Under the pieces are notes generated by a model. That model worked only from the letters and a program-made list of their open reading frames with translations. It was not told where the DNA came from and made no database searches. The translations under genes were made by a program, and so were the position numbers. Source: Nitrosopumilus sp. (lineage in GTDB: Archaea > Thermoproteota > Nitrososphaeria > Nitrososphaerales > Nitrosopumilaceae). Taken from it: DNA of 64,000 bases. How positions within the stretch are numbered: position 1 is the first letter of the stretch; every line of letters starts with the position of its first letter. The stretch covers positions 288,001-352,000 of the forward strand of contig CBDBLO010000002.1 in assembly GCA_965207075.1 (NCBI GenBank), written 5' to 3'. Shown here one piece after another: positions 50,712-60,069 of this stretch.

Positions 50712-51158
50712 ATGGGAGCGCCGCGCCGCGCGGCCGTGAAGTCCCTTACGGAGCATCTCACCTTTGAGACCCCGACGCGCGTGGCGTTTGTAAACATCAC
50801 GCCGCAGGTCGAGTCGCTGGTCGCAAAGAGCGGGGTGCAGGAGGGGCTCTGCCTTGTCAACGCGATGCACATCACCGCCAGCGTCTACATAAACGACAAC
50901 GAGGACGGGCTGCTGGGCGACTATGAGAAGTGGCTCGAGGGGCTGGCCCCGCACGGGCCCGTGGAGCGATACGCGCACAACTCCGGGACGGGGGAGGACA
51001 ATGCCGACGCGCACATGAAGCGCCAGGTTATGGGACGAGAGGTGGTGGTGGCGATCACCGGAAACAAGCTGGACTTTGGGCCGTGGGAGCAGATCTTTTA
51101 CGGGGAGTTTGACGGGAGGCGCAAAAAGCGCGTGCTTGTCAAGATAATCGGGCAGTAG
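50712..51158 (+). CDS. yjbQ: YjbQ/UPF0047 family protein
   Basis: [19 protein letters not shown] and [13 protein letters not shown]. Confidence 0.93.
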   Translation: MGAPRRAAVKSLTEHLTFETPTRVAFVNITPQVESLVAKSGVQEGLCLVNAMHITASVYINDNEDGLLGDYEKWLEGLAPHGPVERYAHNSGTGEDNADAHMKRQVMGREVVVAITGNKLDFGPWEQIFYGEFDGRRKKRVLVKIIGQ

Positions 51159-51323
51159 TCACCCAAAGTCCGCGTCGCGCTTTTGGCTCTGGGACTCGTT
51201 CTTTCTTGCAGAGGCCCTGAACTCGTCGTCGTGGTTCTGCGGCCCGTGCCCGCACTTCATACACGCAATCTTAAACCCGTCCTCGCTCTTCTCGTACGTC
51301 TCGCAGCCGCAAAAGCACGCCAT
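51159..51323 (-). CDS. Small Cys/His-rich putative metal-binding protein (54 aa, absent from the ORF track)
   Basis: Hand translation: MACFCGCETYEKSEDGFKIACMKCGHGPQNHDDEFRASARKNESQSQKRDADFG*. The stop abuts the yjbQ stop. Confidence 0.7.
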   Translation of the reverse strand: MACFCGCETYEKSEDGFKIACMKCGHGPQNHDDEFRASARKNESQSQKRDADFG

Positions 51324-51517
51324 AAACGGGCGCCCCTCTGTATCGTTATATCTCTTGTTTTATGGTGTGGCGGTGGCGGCGGCCACGGCGGTGGCGGCGG
51401 CGCAACCTGCAAACGCCGCGGCTCTGGGAGCTGCACCTCTCCTCCCCCCCAATGAGAAGCATGCATGCTCTTGCAGGCCGCAGCGCGGCTGCGGCACGGC
51501 AGTCGGCCGGGCAGGTG

Positions 51518-52012
51518 TCAGTCGGACTTTCCGTCCCCTTCGTCCTCATTCTTGGACAGGCAGCACTCGCCCGGCGGTATGACGTAGTCATGCGGGCACA
51601 GCCTGGGGTGGTTTAGCATGGTGCACAGCGCGTCGGTAAACTGCTTGTTCATGTGGTGCTCTATCCCGCACACCATCTCCTCGTTTATCTCGACCTTGAG
51701 GGCGTTCTGCATCAGGACCTCGAGCAGCCTGCTGTTTCTCATCATGCTCGCCCCTATCCTCTCGCCCTCGTCTGTCAGCCTCACCCCGGCCTTGTTGTAG
51801 TTCACCAGTTTTTTGGCGTTGAGCTTTTTGAGCATCTGCACCACGCTGGGCTGCTTTACGTGCAGCATGTCTGCAATTGACGTGATCTTCACCTCCCCAC
51901 CGCGCTCCTTTATGTGCCAGATCGCCTTGAGGTACATCTCGACGTGCTCGGCCTCGGCTGTCCCCACGAAGAGGCGCTCCTCCTTGCCGTTCCCGTTGCC
52001 CCCGTCCTGCAT
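51518..52012 (-). CDS. DtxR/MntR-family metal-dependent transcriptional regulator
   Basis: EMYLKAIW, PSVVQMLKKL, CGIEH and PRLCPHDYVIP. Confidence 0.92.
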   Translation of the reverse strand: MQDGGNGNGKEERLFVGTAEAEHVEMYLKAIWHIKERGGEVKITSIADMLHVKQPSVVQMLKKLNAKKLVNYNKAGVRLTDEGERIGASMMRNSRLLEVLMQNALKVEINEEMVCGIEHHMNKQFTDALCTMLNHPRLCPHDYVIPPGECCLSKNEDEGDGKSD

Positions 52013-52116
52013 GGGACAGATGTATCCGCATCTTTTAATAAATATTCTAGGCTGGTGCAGACTCCTAGAACCATCGCCGCGCCGCGGTCCGTGCGGCTCC
52101 CCCCTCCGTCTGCAGC

Positions 52117-53154
52117 TCACTCCCCGTGCAGGATGAGCTTTGACATTGTGGTTTCTGCCGGTATTCCCTGCTCCACCGCGTACGCGATTGCCGCCATGTT
52201 GCGCACCTCGTAGGACGTGAGCTTTGTTATTCCTATTACGGTTGCAAAACTGAACATCCTGGTGAACGCCCTTGCAGACGCGGCGTATATGGCCATCTCA
52301 AAGGCCCTCTCGAACTGGGCCACCGCGTCAAGGTCGTTGTCCGAGTCGGGCACCAGCACCTTGTATCTCGTCGCGGACAGCTCCGCAAACGCGTCGGATA
52401 CGGTCCCGGCCGAGATCATCCTGCCCAGCAGCTCCCTTGAGATCAGCGGCGTGTTTGACACTATCAGATCCTCTATCTGCGCGTCGTCAAGTCCCCAGAG
52501 CTTGCCCCTCGCCACGCTGAGCAGGTTGTAAAAGTCCACGTCCATTCCGATGAGCCTGGTCGCGTCAAGCTCCCTGGTGCCCTGAATGGCGCTGCCCAGC
52601 TGCCTGTACAGGATCTTGTCAAAGTACGTGTCAAACATCTGGATGTTCTTCTTGTCGTTGTACGCGGCCGCCGCCTTTGCTATGTCCTCGCCGAACTGCG
52701 CCGACCCGAGGCTCGCGACTGCCTCCTCCAGGTCCTTTGCAACGAGCGCCTTTACCACCACGTCGCGCTGCTTTATCAGCTCCTCCGCGCGCAGGTTGAG
52801 GTGCCTCTCCAGCTCCTCCTGGCTCTTTCCGAGCACCTTGCCCTTTAGTATGATCTTCAGGTTGGTTATGATGAACTTCATATAGTATGCGTCAAGCAGG
52901 CGCGAGTTTCCCCCTGCCGTACGCGCGATGGAGTGGTGTACCTCGGCCAGGTGGCCCCTCAGGGCCGACTCGATCCCCTGCGAGGTGTACGGCTTCTGCA
53001 CCTCTGATACGGCGTCCGCGTACGTGGTGTTCTTTATCCTGGTCATCAGCTCGTCCAAGTCCCTTGACTCTGCCAGCGTCTGAAAATCAGAACGCGCCAA
53101 GAGCTTTCCCTTTTTGCTGTACGCCTTTACCGACGCGTATACGCTCTTGCCCAT
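52117..53154 (-). CDS. atpC: A-type (V-type) ATP synthase subunit C
   Basis: YASVKAYSKKGKLL, NLKIILKGK and YEVRNMAAIA; AC39-family size. Confidence 0.9.
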   Translation of the reverse strand: MGKSVYASVKAYSKKGKLLARSDFQTLAESRDLDELMTRIKNTTYADAVSEVQKPYTSQGIESALRGHLAEVHHSIARTAGGNSRLLDAYYMKFIITNLKIILKGKVLGKSQEELERHLNLRAEELIKQRDVVVKALVAKDLEEAVASLGSAQFGEDIAKAAAAYNDKKNIQMFDTYFDKILYRQLGSAIQGTRELDATRLIGMDVDFYNLLSVARGKLWGLDDAQIEDLIVSNTPLISRELLGRMISAGTVSDAFAELSATRYKVLVPDSDNDLDAVAQFERAFEMAIYAASARAFTRMFSFATVIGITKLTSYEVRNMAAIAYAVEQGIPAETTMSKLILHGE

Positions 53155-53222
53155 TTAGCGTGCGGCGACTCTGCAATGGATTTTAATGTTTGTAAGCGGT
53201 CGCCTTTCGCGGGCCGTCTTTT

Positions 53223-54002
53223 TCACCGGTCGCCGCCGCCCGTCCCGCCCGCTGCGCGTTCCGCGCCGTCCTTCTCCGCGCGTGGTGCCGCGTCGCCGCC
53301 CGTCCCGCCGGATGCTGCGCCTGCGCCTGTCCCTGCCCCTGCCCCCATCATCTCATCAAGCAGCCCTATTGTACCGTCGCGGTCGCCCTTTGAGAATCTA
53401 GCAAAGGCCGCCAGGAGCTCCCTATGCATTGCCAGCGAGTCGTCTTCTATGCGCCGCAGCTTGGATAGCTCAAACGGCAGCAGGCTGTCTATCCTCTTTT
53501 CGCAGAACGCGCCAACGTACAGCCGCACCACGTATGACGCGAACAGCGGGCTTGCCTCCGAGAGCCTCTTTAGCATTGTTGTGTTCCCGTCCTCGTCGGG
53601 ACCGGCTGCAAAGAACGTCTTTAGCATCCTTCTCTTCTGCTCCGCGTCGCGTACCAGCGACGCGGCGACCAGTACGCCCTCCCTGGTCAGCCTGTAGTAC
53701 GGCACCCCCATCTCCTGCAGCGCCTTTGGCCCCCGCTTGAGCGGCATCCTGCCCTCCTCCTCCACTACATGCATGGGCAGGAGCACCTCGTCCAGATCCC
53801 GGAATATTCCCGAGTAGACGTTCTTCCACACGCTGTTCTCCACCTCTGCCACCTGCCGCGCTATGCCCGTCCTCGTGCGGCCCGTGGGGTTGGTCTGCAC
53901 CGCTAGTATTGCTATGATGGCCCTCTGCCTCCTTGCCTCTCCCGTCAGGCGCCTGCTGCCTGTCTTGAACCTGCTGAATATGGACAGCCTGGCGTCCTTC
54001 AT
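53223..54002 (-). CDS. Putative winged-helix protein, divergent from amt
   Basis: Helix-turn-helix-like TRTGIARQVA...VYSGIFRDL and a wing-like YYRLTREG. Confidence 0.7.
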   Translation of the reverse strand: MKDARLSIFSRFKTGSRRLTGEARRQRAIIAILAVQTNPTGRTRTGIARQVAEVENSVWKNVYSGIFRDLDEVLLPMHVVEEEGRMPLKRGPKALQEMGVPYYRLTREGVLVAASLVRDAEQKRRMLKTFFAAGPDEDGNTTMLKRLSEASPLFASYVVRLYVGAFCEKRIDSLLPFELSKLRRIEDDSLAMHRELLAAFARFSKGDRDGTIGLLDEMMGAGAGTGAGAASGGTGGDAAPRAEKDGAERAAGGTGGGDR

Positions 54003-54128
54003 TGCACCACCTTGACACATTTTTCCATTGTTATGATACTATCTTGTTATACTCGGATATAATAACTTACTTTTTGGGTGATATTATAATATTCAACTCT
54101 TAAATAATTTCAATCTGTGGCAGATTTA

Positions 54129-55691
54129 ATGAATTCTAAGAACCACAAGTATGCTCTATTACTTGTGGCCGCAGTAGCCATTACGGCAACAGGCGCAATG
54201 TCACAAGCATATGCGCAGAGTGTCAACGATGGTATGGACGGATACGTGATGGGAACCAGTGGCATCTATACTGGAAACCCTAACGAATGTTGGTATGACG
54301 ACGGCGAAGGAGGCATGCTGCCATGCATGGTAGACACAGGTGACATGGCATGGATGCTGACTGCAACCTCGATGGTACTCTTCATGTCCCCCGGCGTAGC
54401 GTTCTTTTATGGCGGTCTCGCCAGATCAAAGAACATCGTCAACGTACTGGGCATGACCCTCATGGTGATGGGTCTGATGTCCGTACAGTGGGTCCTATGG
54501 GGATACTCGCTGGCATTCGGCGGAATTGATTCGGACGCAAACCTGTTCATGGGCAACCTCGACTATGCAGGATTCAACATGGTCTCGGCCTGGGCGCCGT
54601 TAGGCGAGCTTGGGCCCTGTCATGACACATGGTCGGCTGCCTACCAGATGAACGAGTTCAAGGAAGGTGAGTATTGCAGCCTGAGTTGGCCTGGCACAGT
54701 GCCACACCAGCTCTTTGCAATGTTCCAGGCGACCTTTGCAGTCATCACCCCGGTTCTGATTATCGGTGGTCTGATTGACAGAATCAAGTTCAGCGCGCTG
54801 GTCATATTCGTGCTTCTCTGGGGTACCTTTGTCTACGACCCGATCGCACACTGGGTCTGGGGCGGAGGATACATCGGCGGAGGCTCGCTAGACCTCGATC
54901 CGGACCTGTCTCCATCGTACGCTCTAGACTTTGCCGGCGGTACAGTAGTGCACATCTCTTCAGGATTCGCTGCATTGGCAGGAGCCATCGTCCTTGGCAG
55001 ACGCCTCGGATATGGCAAGGTTCCGATGGAGCCACACAACATCCCGCTCATAGTATTGGGCGCCGGAATTCTGTGGTTCGGTTGGTTCGGCTTTAACGCA
55101 GGAAGCGAAGTGATGGTAGACGGCATTACGGTGAGTGCATGGACGGTAACCAATACCGCAACAGGCATGGCCGCCGTCACTTGGATGCTCATGTCATGGG
55201 CGCATACAGGAAAGCCAAGTGTCATCGGCGGGGCAACCGGCGTTGTGGCGGGACTGGTAGCTATCACGCCAGCCTCTGGTTGGGTAGGTCCAATGGCCGC
55301 GATCATCATCGGCATTGCTGCAGGCACCATATGCTACGCAAGCATAGCGTTCAAGAACGCGCGCAAGTGGGACGACGCACTCGATGTATGGGGAGTACAC
55401 GGGATGGGCGGTCTTACGGGCGCCATCTTGACCGGAACACTGGCAAGTCCGCACGTGTGGGATACCGGCGACGGTATCGGAGCATGGACCGGCACGGCCG
55501 AGGGCATGGAGCAGCAGGGAATCAGCATCATTGCCGCTGCGATGTCCATCGCGTATGCGTTTGGCGTGACGATAGTCATCCTGAAGATCATGGATGCTGT
55601 CTGGCCAGGCGGAATCAGGGTCACTCCGAAAGAGGAGGAGATCGGCCTTGATCTTGCGCAGCACGGTGAAAGAGCATACACAAGCGAGTAG
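54129..55691 (+). CDS. amt: Ammonium transporter
   Basis: FQATFA, DFAGGTVVH, LWFGWFGFNAGS, GLVAITP and WGVHG; N-terminal signal peptide and Cys-containing extracellular loops. Confidence 0.98.
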   Translation: MNSKNHKYALLLVAAVAITATGAMSQAYAQSVNDGMDGYVMGTSGIYTGNPNECWYDDGEGGMLPCMVDTGDMAWMLTATSMVLFMSPGVAFFYGGLARSKNIVNVLGMTLMVMGLMSVQWVLWGYSLAFGGIDSDANLFMGNLDYAGFNMVSAWAPLGELGPCHDTWSAAYQMNEFKEGEYCSLSWPGTVPHQLFAMFQATFAVITPVLIIGGLIDRIKFSALVIFVLLWGTFVYDPIAHWVWGGGYIGGGSLDLDPDLSPSYALDFAGGTVVHISSGFAALAGAIVLGRRLGYGKVPMEPHNIPLIVLGAGILWFGWFGFNAGSEVMVDGITVSAWTVTNTATGMAAVTWMLMSWAHTGKPSVIGGATGVVAGLVAITPASGWVGPMAAIIIGIAAGTICYASIAFKNARKWDDALDVWGVHGMGGLTGAILTGTLASPHVWDTGDGIGAWTGTAEGMEQQGISIIAAAMSIAYAFGVTIVILKIMDAVWPGGIRVTPKEEEIGLDLAQHGERAYTSE

Positions 55692-55695
55692 AATT

Positions 55696-55727
55696 CCTCT
55701 CTCCTCTTTTTATTATTCCTTTTTTAG
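55696..55727 (+). terminator. Pyrimidine/oligo-T tract, probable archaeal terminator of amt
   Basis: CCTCTCTCCTCTTTTTATTATTCCTTTTTT lies directly after the stop codon. Confidence 0.55.
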
Positions 55728-56021
55728 CCTGATGGGTGCGCACGGGCATCTGGCCATTGCCTGTTGCGTGCCCGGCGCGTTGCGGCAGTTGGCCCTTGCG
55801 CGCCGCGCGCGGCTCTGAGTATGGTGATGCTGGCCGAACCCCCCACCAAATATCCGGGCGTGCCATGGTTGGAGTGAGTCCCGTGAAAGACGCAGCGGTG
55901 AACAGTACGCGGTGTTGGCTAGTTGGGAATTCCCAAGACCGCAGCAAAATCAATTAATACGCTGCGGCAGTGGCCGCATGTGTGTGGTGCTAGTGGTGAC
56001 GGTGGCGGTGATGGAATCGGC

Positions 56022-56807
56022 ATGCTGATTACCACCGGCCGCTTGGGCGATCTTCTTGCAGGCCCAAACGATGGCTTGGTCGTGATAGACGCGCGCCCCT
56101 TCTCGGAGTATGCCAAGGGGCACATACCCGGGGCGGTGAACCTTGACCTGTTTGCCTTCCACTGGAACGACACCTCCGCGCGCGGCATGGCCGAGTTCGA
56201 CAGGCAGGCTGCTAGGCTGCTCGGGTTTGCAGGTGTGGCGCGCGGCAGGACCGTCGTCGTATACGACGGGCAGTCCGGCATGCTCGCCGCGCGCGGCGTC
56301 TGGATGCTCCGGTACATGTCGCACGGAGACTCGTACATGCTTGATGGGGGGTTCGCCGCGTGGCGGAGCGAGTCGAGGCCCGTCGAGACGCAAACCAACG
56401 CGCCGAAGCCGGCGGAGTTCGAGCCGCGGCCCGATCCCTCCGTACTGGCCGGATACGAATACGTTGCAAGTAATCTGGACCGGCTCGTCCTGGTGGACGC
56501 CCGCTCTCCGGAGGAGTATGACGGGACCGTATCCAGAGCGGCGAGGGCGGGGCACATACCGGGCGCGACAAACATTGACTGGAGCAGGAACTTGGCCGGC
56601 GACGGGCGGCTCAAGGACAAGGGACGGCTGGCAGAGATGTACGGGGGTATTCCGCGCGACTCTGAGGTTGTGACATACTGCCAGGGCGCCTACCGCGCTG
56701 CAAACTCGTTTGTCGCGCTCAAAACGGCGGGATTTGAGAACGTCAGGGTCTACCTGGGCTCGTGGGGCGAATGGGGCAACGTGCCTAGTTTACCCTCTGA
56801 GGTATAG
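56022..56807 (+). CDS. Tandem-domain rhodanese / thiosulfate sulfurtransferase
   Basis: Two GHIPGA repeats, active-site YCQGAYRA and YLGSWGEW. Confidence 0.93.
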   Translation: MLITTGRLGDLLAGPNDGLVVIDARPFSEYAKGHIPGAVNLDLFAFHWNDTSARGMAEFDRQAARLLGFAGVARGRTVVVYDGQSGMLAARGVWMLRYMSHGDSYMLDGGFAAWRSESRPVETQTNAPKPAEFEPRPDPSVLAGYEYVASNLDRLVLVDARSPEEYDGTVSRAARAGHIPGATNIDWSRNLAGDGRLKDKGRLAEMYGGIPRDSEVVTYCQGAYRAANSFVALKTAGFENVRVYLGSWGEWGNVPSLPSEV

Positions 56808-56828
56808 TAGCGGCCTAGTCTGTTGTTC

Positions 56829-58712
56829 TTATGTGGTGCCGCCGTTCATGGCCTGCCAATCATCGCGAATCTTGTAATAGTACGAATACGTGACAGCGAA
56901 CTCGCCCGTATCTCCCGACTGTATTCCTCCCTTTTCTCTCAGGTAAGACTTTTCGGCATCGTCGAGAATTTTGAAGAGCCGTACCGCCTTTCGATTTTGG
57001 GGAATGTCCGCGTCGTTCTCGATTCTCTCGATTTTTTCAAGTATCGAGGCGTATGCGGGATCGTTTATCTCGTTGCGAATCTGTCTTGTTATGCTGTCCA
57101 GTATGTCGTCCTGGATCTGGATCTGCGTGCTCTGGTGCGGCCGCGTAACGTTGGGATCCTCAAAATTCACGACGTTGACTGGTATTACGAACGGCTGGTG
57201 TGACGTCCACATATAGCTCTTGCCGCGTATGGGTTCGCTTAGTATCTGCGTGACTATGTCGTTGGAGTAGTGCGCGTTGACCTCTGACAGTGAGTCTAGG
57301 TCCTTTCTGCTCAGAAGGTGGAACACGAAAAAGTTGTCGCCCTGGCTTATTATCTCCGACGGTATGCTTCCTGGTTGCTGCGTTATGAATATGCCGCCGA
57401 GTCCGTATTTTCTGCCCTCCTTGGCCAGGTCCACGAACGCGGATGGCGCGGGCGAGTATCTAGAGTCTGACAGGACGGTATGCGCCTCTTCAAGCACAAA
57501 CGTTGCGTTGATCAGGTTCCTTCCCGCGGTTTTGATGAAGTTGTCCTTGTTCTCGTCAAAGATGTCCTTTATGATTATGGAGCTGATCAGCCGCGCAGTG
57601 TGGCTGTCCGTGCGTGAGATGTCGAATATCACAACTTTGCCCTGCCGCAGCGCCTCCTTGACTATCCTGATCGTGTTCGAGCTGGGATCGTGGATCTTTG
57701 ATATGTGGGGGACTAGGTTGTTCAGTATCGGCTTTACGTCTATCTCACCTGACATGCTGGACTCGTTGTTTGAACCCTCCAGTCCTAGGACGATCTTTGA
57801 GACCTCGTTGTAGTCTGCGTCCCAGCGTTTTTCGTGCAGTAGCATCACAAGTTCTCTCCATGAATTCCTGCTCATTGCCATCAGTTTTGCAAAGAATATG
57901 GTTTCGTGCTTGCTTGGGCTTACCATGAACGGCACGGCCAGTCCGGGCGGCAGCTCCGCCAAGTTGATGTCGATCTTGCGGTAGACGTTTTTGATTTCAG
58001 GTGGCACCTTCTGGTTTGTGACAAGCAGGGCCGGCCGCTTGTCCATTATGCCGGGCCTACCCCTCCTGTCCGTTATGGCGTACTCGCCCTCCTGATCAAA
58101 TATCAGCAGTCCACCGTTCTGCGGTTTCCACTCCCCGCATATCACCTTCATGAGGTTGCTCTTTCCATATCCGGCGCGCGCAAAGATGAACGTCCTCTTG
58201 GAGTTGAGCTCCTTCTGGTCGAACATTATGCCAATCTCGGGATCCGGGCTATAGTCCCCGACATGAACGCCGCCCGACTGCTCCTGCATGGCGCTTCCTA
58301 TGATCCTTCTGACCGCTTCCTTGCCCGGAAGATACACCTTGCTTGTAATCTGAGGTATGCGCCTCATTCCGGGGGAGAACCCGTCATCCGACAGGGAACC
58401 GAGCACCTTTATCCTGACCTTGTAGCTGATCTTGCTCTTCTTTATGTCGTGGCCGATATTGTCAATCATCTCTTCTGCCGCTATGTCGTTGAGCCACTTC
58501 TCGCCCATTATCGACGTGAACTCGCCGCGCGGTGAATAGTCGGTCACCCGAGCCACGATATTGTCTCGGCCGTTGTGTATGAGCAACAGGCTTCCGATCT
58601 CTATCATAAAGTCTGCCCTGTACGGGGCGATAAGCCACGCTACGTACTCGTATGATGATTTTTCAAGGCCCATAAAGACGCCCACCACAGCGTCGCCGGT
58701 ATCAGTCGACAT
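56829..58712 (-). CDS. Second HerA/FtsK-family ATPase
   Basis: ARAGYGKS, IFDQEGEY, FVLEEAH and KEGRKYGLGGIFITQQP; HAS-barrel-like N-terminus. Confidence 0.9.
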   Translation of the reverse strand: MSTDTGDAVVGVFMGLEKSSYEYVAWLIAPYRADFMIEIGSLLLIHNGRDNIVARVTDYSPRGEFTSIMGEKWLNDIAAEEMIDNIGHDIKKSKISYKVRIKVLGSLSDDGFSPGMRRIPQITSKVYLPGKEAVRRIIGSAMQEQSGGVHVGDYSPDPEIGIMFDQKELNSKRTFIFARAGYGKSNLMKVICGEWKPQNGGLLIFDQEGEYAITDRRGRPGIMDKRPALLVTNQKVPPEIKNVYRKIDINLAELPPGLAVPFMVSPSKHETIFFAKLMAMSRNSWRELVMLLHEKRWDADYNEVSKIVLGLEGSNNESSMSGEIDVKPILNNLVPHISKIHDPSSNTIRIVKEALRQGKVVIFDISRTDSHTARLISSIIIKDIFDENKDNFIKTAGRNLINATFVLEEAHTVLSDSRYSPAPSAFVDLAKEGRKYGLGGIFITQQPGSIPSEIISQGDNFFVFHLLSRKDLDSLSEVNAHYSNDIVTQILSEPIRGKSYMWTSHQPFVIPVNVVNFEDPNVTRPHQSTQIQIQDDILDSITRQIRNEINDPAYASILEKIERIENDADIPQNRKAVRLFKILDDAEKSYLREKGGIQSGDTGEFAVTYSYYYKIRDDWQAMNGGTT

Positions 58713-58713
58713 C

Positions 58714-59850
58714 TCACGCCCTGCCCCCGAGAGTGCCCTTGTCCACCGTCGCATCAAGCATTGATGAGTCCCGGATATAATCGGACAGCCTAGGATCCAT
58801 CTTATTGACAAGCTCCTTTATGATTCTGTCACGCAGTATAGAGGCAGGCAAGCCCATGCCTGCAGCGTACTCGTGCGCCCGCATTAGCGTCTGCGGGTAT
58901 CCGAGCACGGGATACGAATGCGCCGAGTCCCTGGCCAGATACCCCATCATCTCCGTTATTTCCTCGTCTGAGTAGATTGCGGCGTTGTCTGCCGAGCTGT
59001 CGGGCATTTCCACCGTTACTAGCAGGTCCTTGTGCCTTGAGAGCTTTGCGACGTACAGTGAACCAAACGCGTACTCGAGCGGGACAGCGCTGCCGGGGCC
59101 CAGCCTTTTGCCGCCTCCCCACTTGTATGCCATGTTCTCCAGATCCAGCGGGATCTTCACATATCCGATCTGGCCTTTTGGGAAGACGCGCTCACATACG
59201 AGCGCCGCCTTTAGCAGAAAGATTATTCTCGATTTTTTTGCAACACCGGCCACCCTTACGTGACCTTTCTTCCGGACAAGCGTCTGCCTTAACCTTGTGA
59301 TAAGCTCTGACTTTATCTTCTTTGTACGGAGAAGTCCGTCCCTCAGTATCATCGTCTTGCCGTCGTCCGGCGCAGCCGTGACCGCGCTGAACATACACGC
59401 AAACTCAGCAATCTCCATGAGCGTTTCCCTGGCAGTCGGCATCTCCGTCACATCCCGTAGGCTGTCCTTGCCCACGATAGAGAGAAAGTCTTGTATGATT
59501 GGATCTGTGTCTATGACCTCGAATATTGCGCGCAGTTCGGCGGCGTCATAGTCTCCTATGGGCGCCGCAAAGTTCATCTTTGTGTTTCCGTTCGAGTCTG
59601 CAACCCTTATGATCTCAAACTCGAACGGATCAAAGTCCAAGTTGAGTAGTCCTCCGTCAAACGACTTGAATGATGTGGAGACGTAAGACCCCGCGGAGTC
59701 TATGGGCACGAACCTGAGTTCTCTCACCCTGCTCCTCAGGTCGTTGAGCTTTTGCAGCTGACTGTCACGAAGCCTCTCAAGGTTTGTGACATGTCTGGGG
59801 TCAAAGTCTAGGTTGAGCCTACCTGCCCCTCTCATGGCATCCACCTGCAC
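58714..59850 (-). CDS. Second NurA-family nuclease
   Basis: SFDGG, ILRDGLL, GVAKKS and GYPQTLMRAHEYA; ends 1 nt before the HerA-like start. Confidence 0.82.
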   Translation of the reverse strand: MQVDAMRGAGRLNLDFDPRHVTNLERLRDSQLQKLNDLRSRVRELRFVPIDSAGSYVSTSFKSFDGGLLNLDFDPFEFEIIRVADSNGNTKMNFAAPIGDYDAAELRAIFEVIDTDPIIQDFLSIVGKDSLRDVTEMPTARETLMEIAEFACMFSAVTAAPDDGKTMILRDGLLRTKKIKSELITRLRQTLVRKKGHVRVAGVAKKSRIIFLLKAALVCERVFPKGQIGYVKIPLDLENMAYKWGGGKRLGPGSAVPLEYAFGSLYVAKLSRHKDLLVTVEMPDSSADNAAIYSDEEITEMMGYLARDSAHSYPVLGYPQTLMRAHEYAAGMGLPASILRDRIIKELVNKMDPRLSDYIRDSSMLDATVDKGTLGGRA

Positions 59851-60069
59851 GGCATGATCACGCCTTTTCTGTCGTGATATTTAGGATGCACGGTGGAACT
59901 GGCCGGTTATCAAAGCGGCGCATGTGCGTATGGTAATCATTGGCCCGCTCTGCCCATTTGGATCTTAGACTCAGGATTGCATATATGGATGATCGCGGTG
60001 ATTTTTTTGCACGTGACGCCGCGTGCCATTGCTATAATGCAACAAGCCGTCTGCCTCTTGGCTCTGGAG

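Noticed and set aside
54129-55691. Lower GC of amt as a sign of horizontal transfer
   Set aside because: More simply explained by the codon usage of a very highly expressed core gene. An amt gene near the ATP synthase genes matches my recollection of Nitrosopumilaceae synteny.
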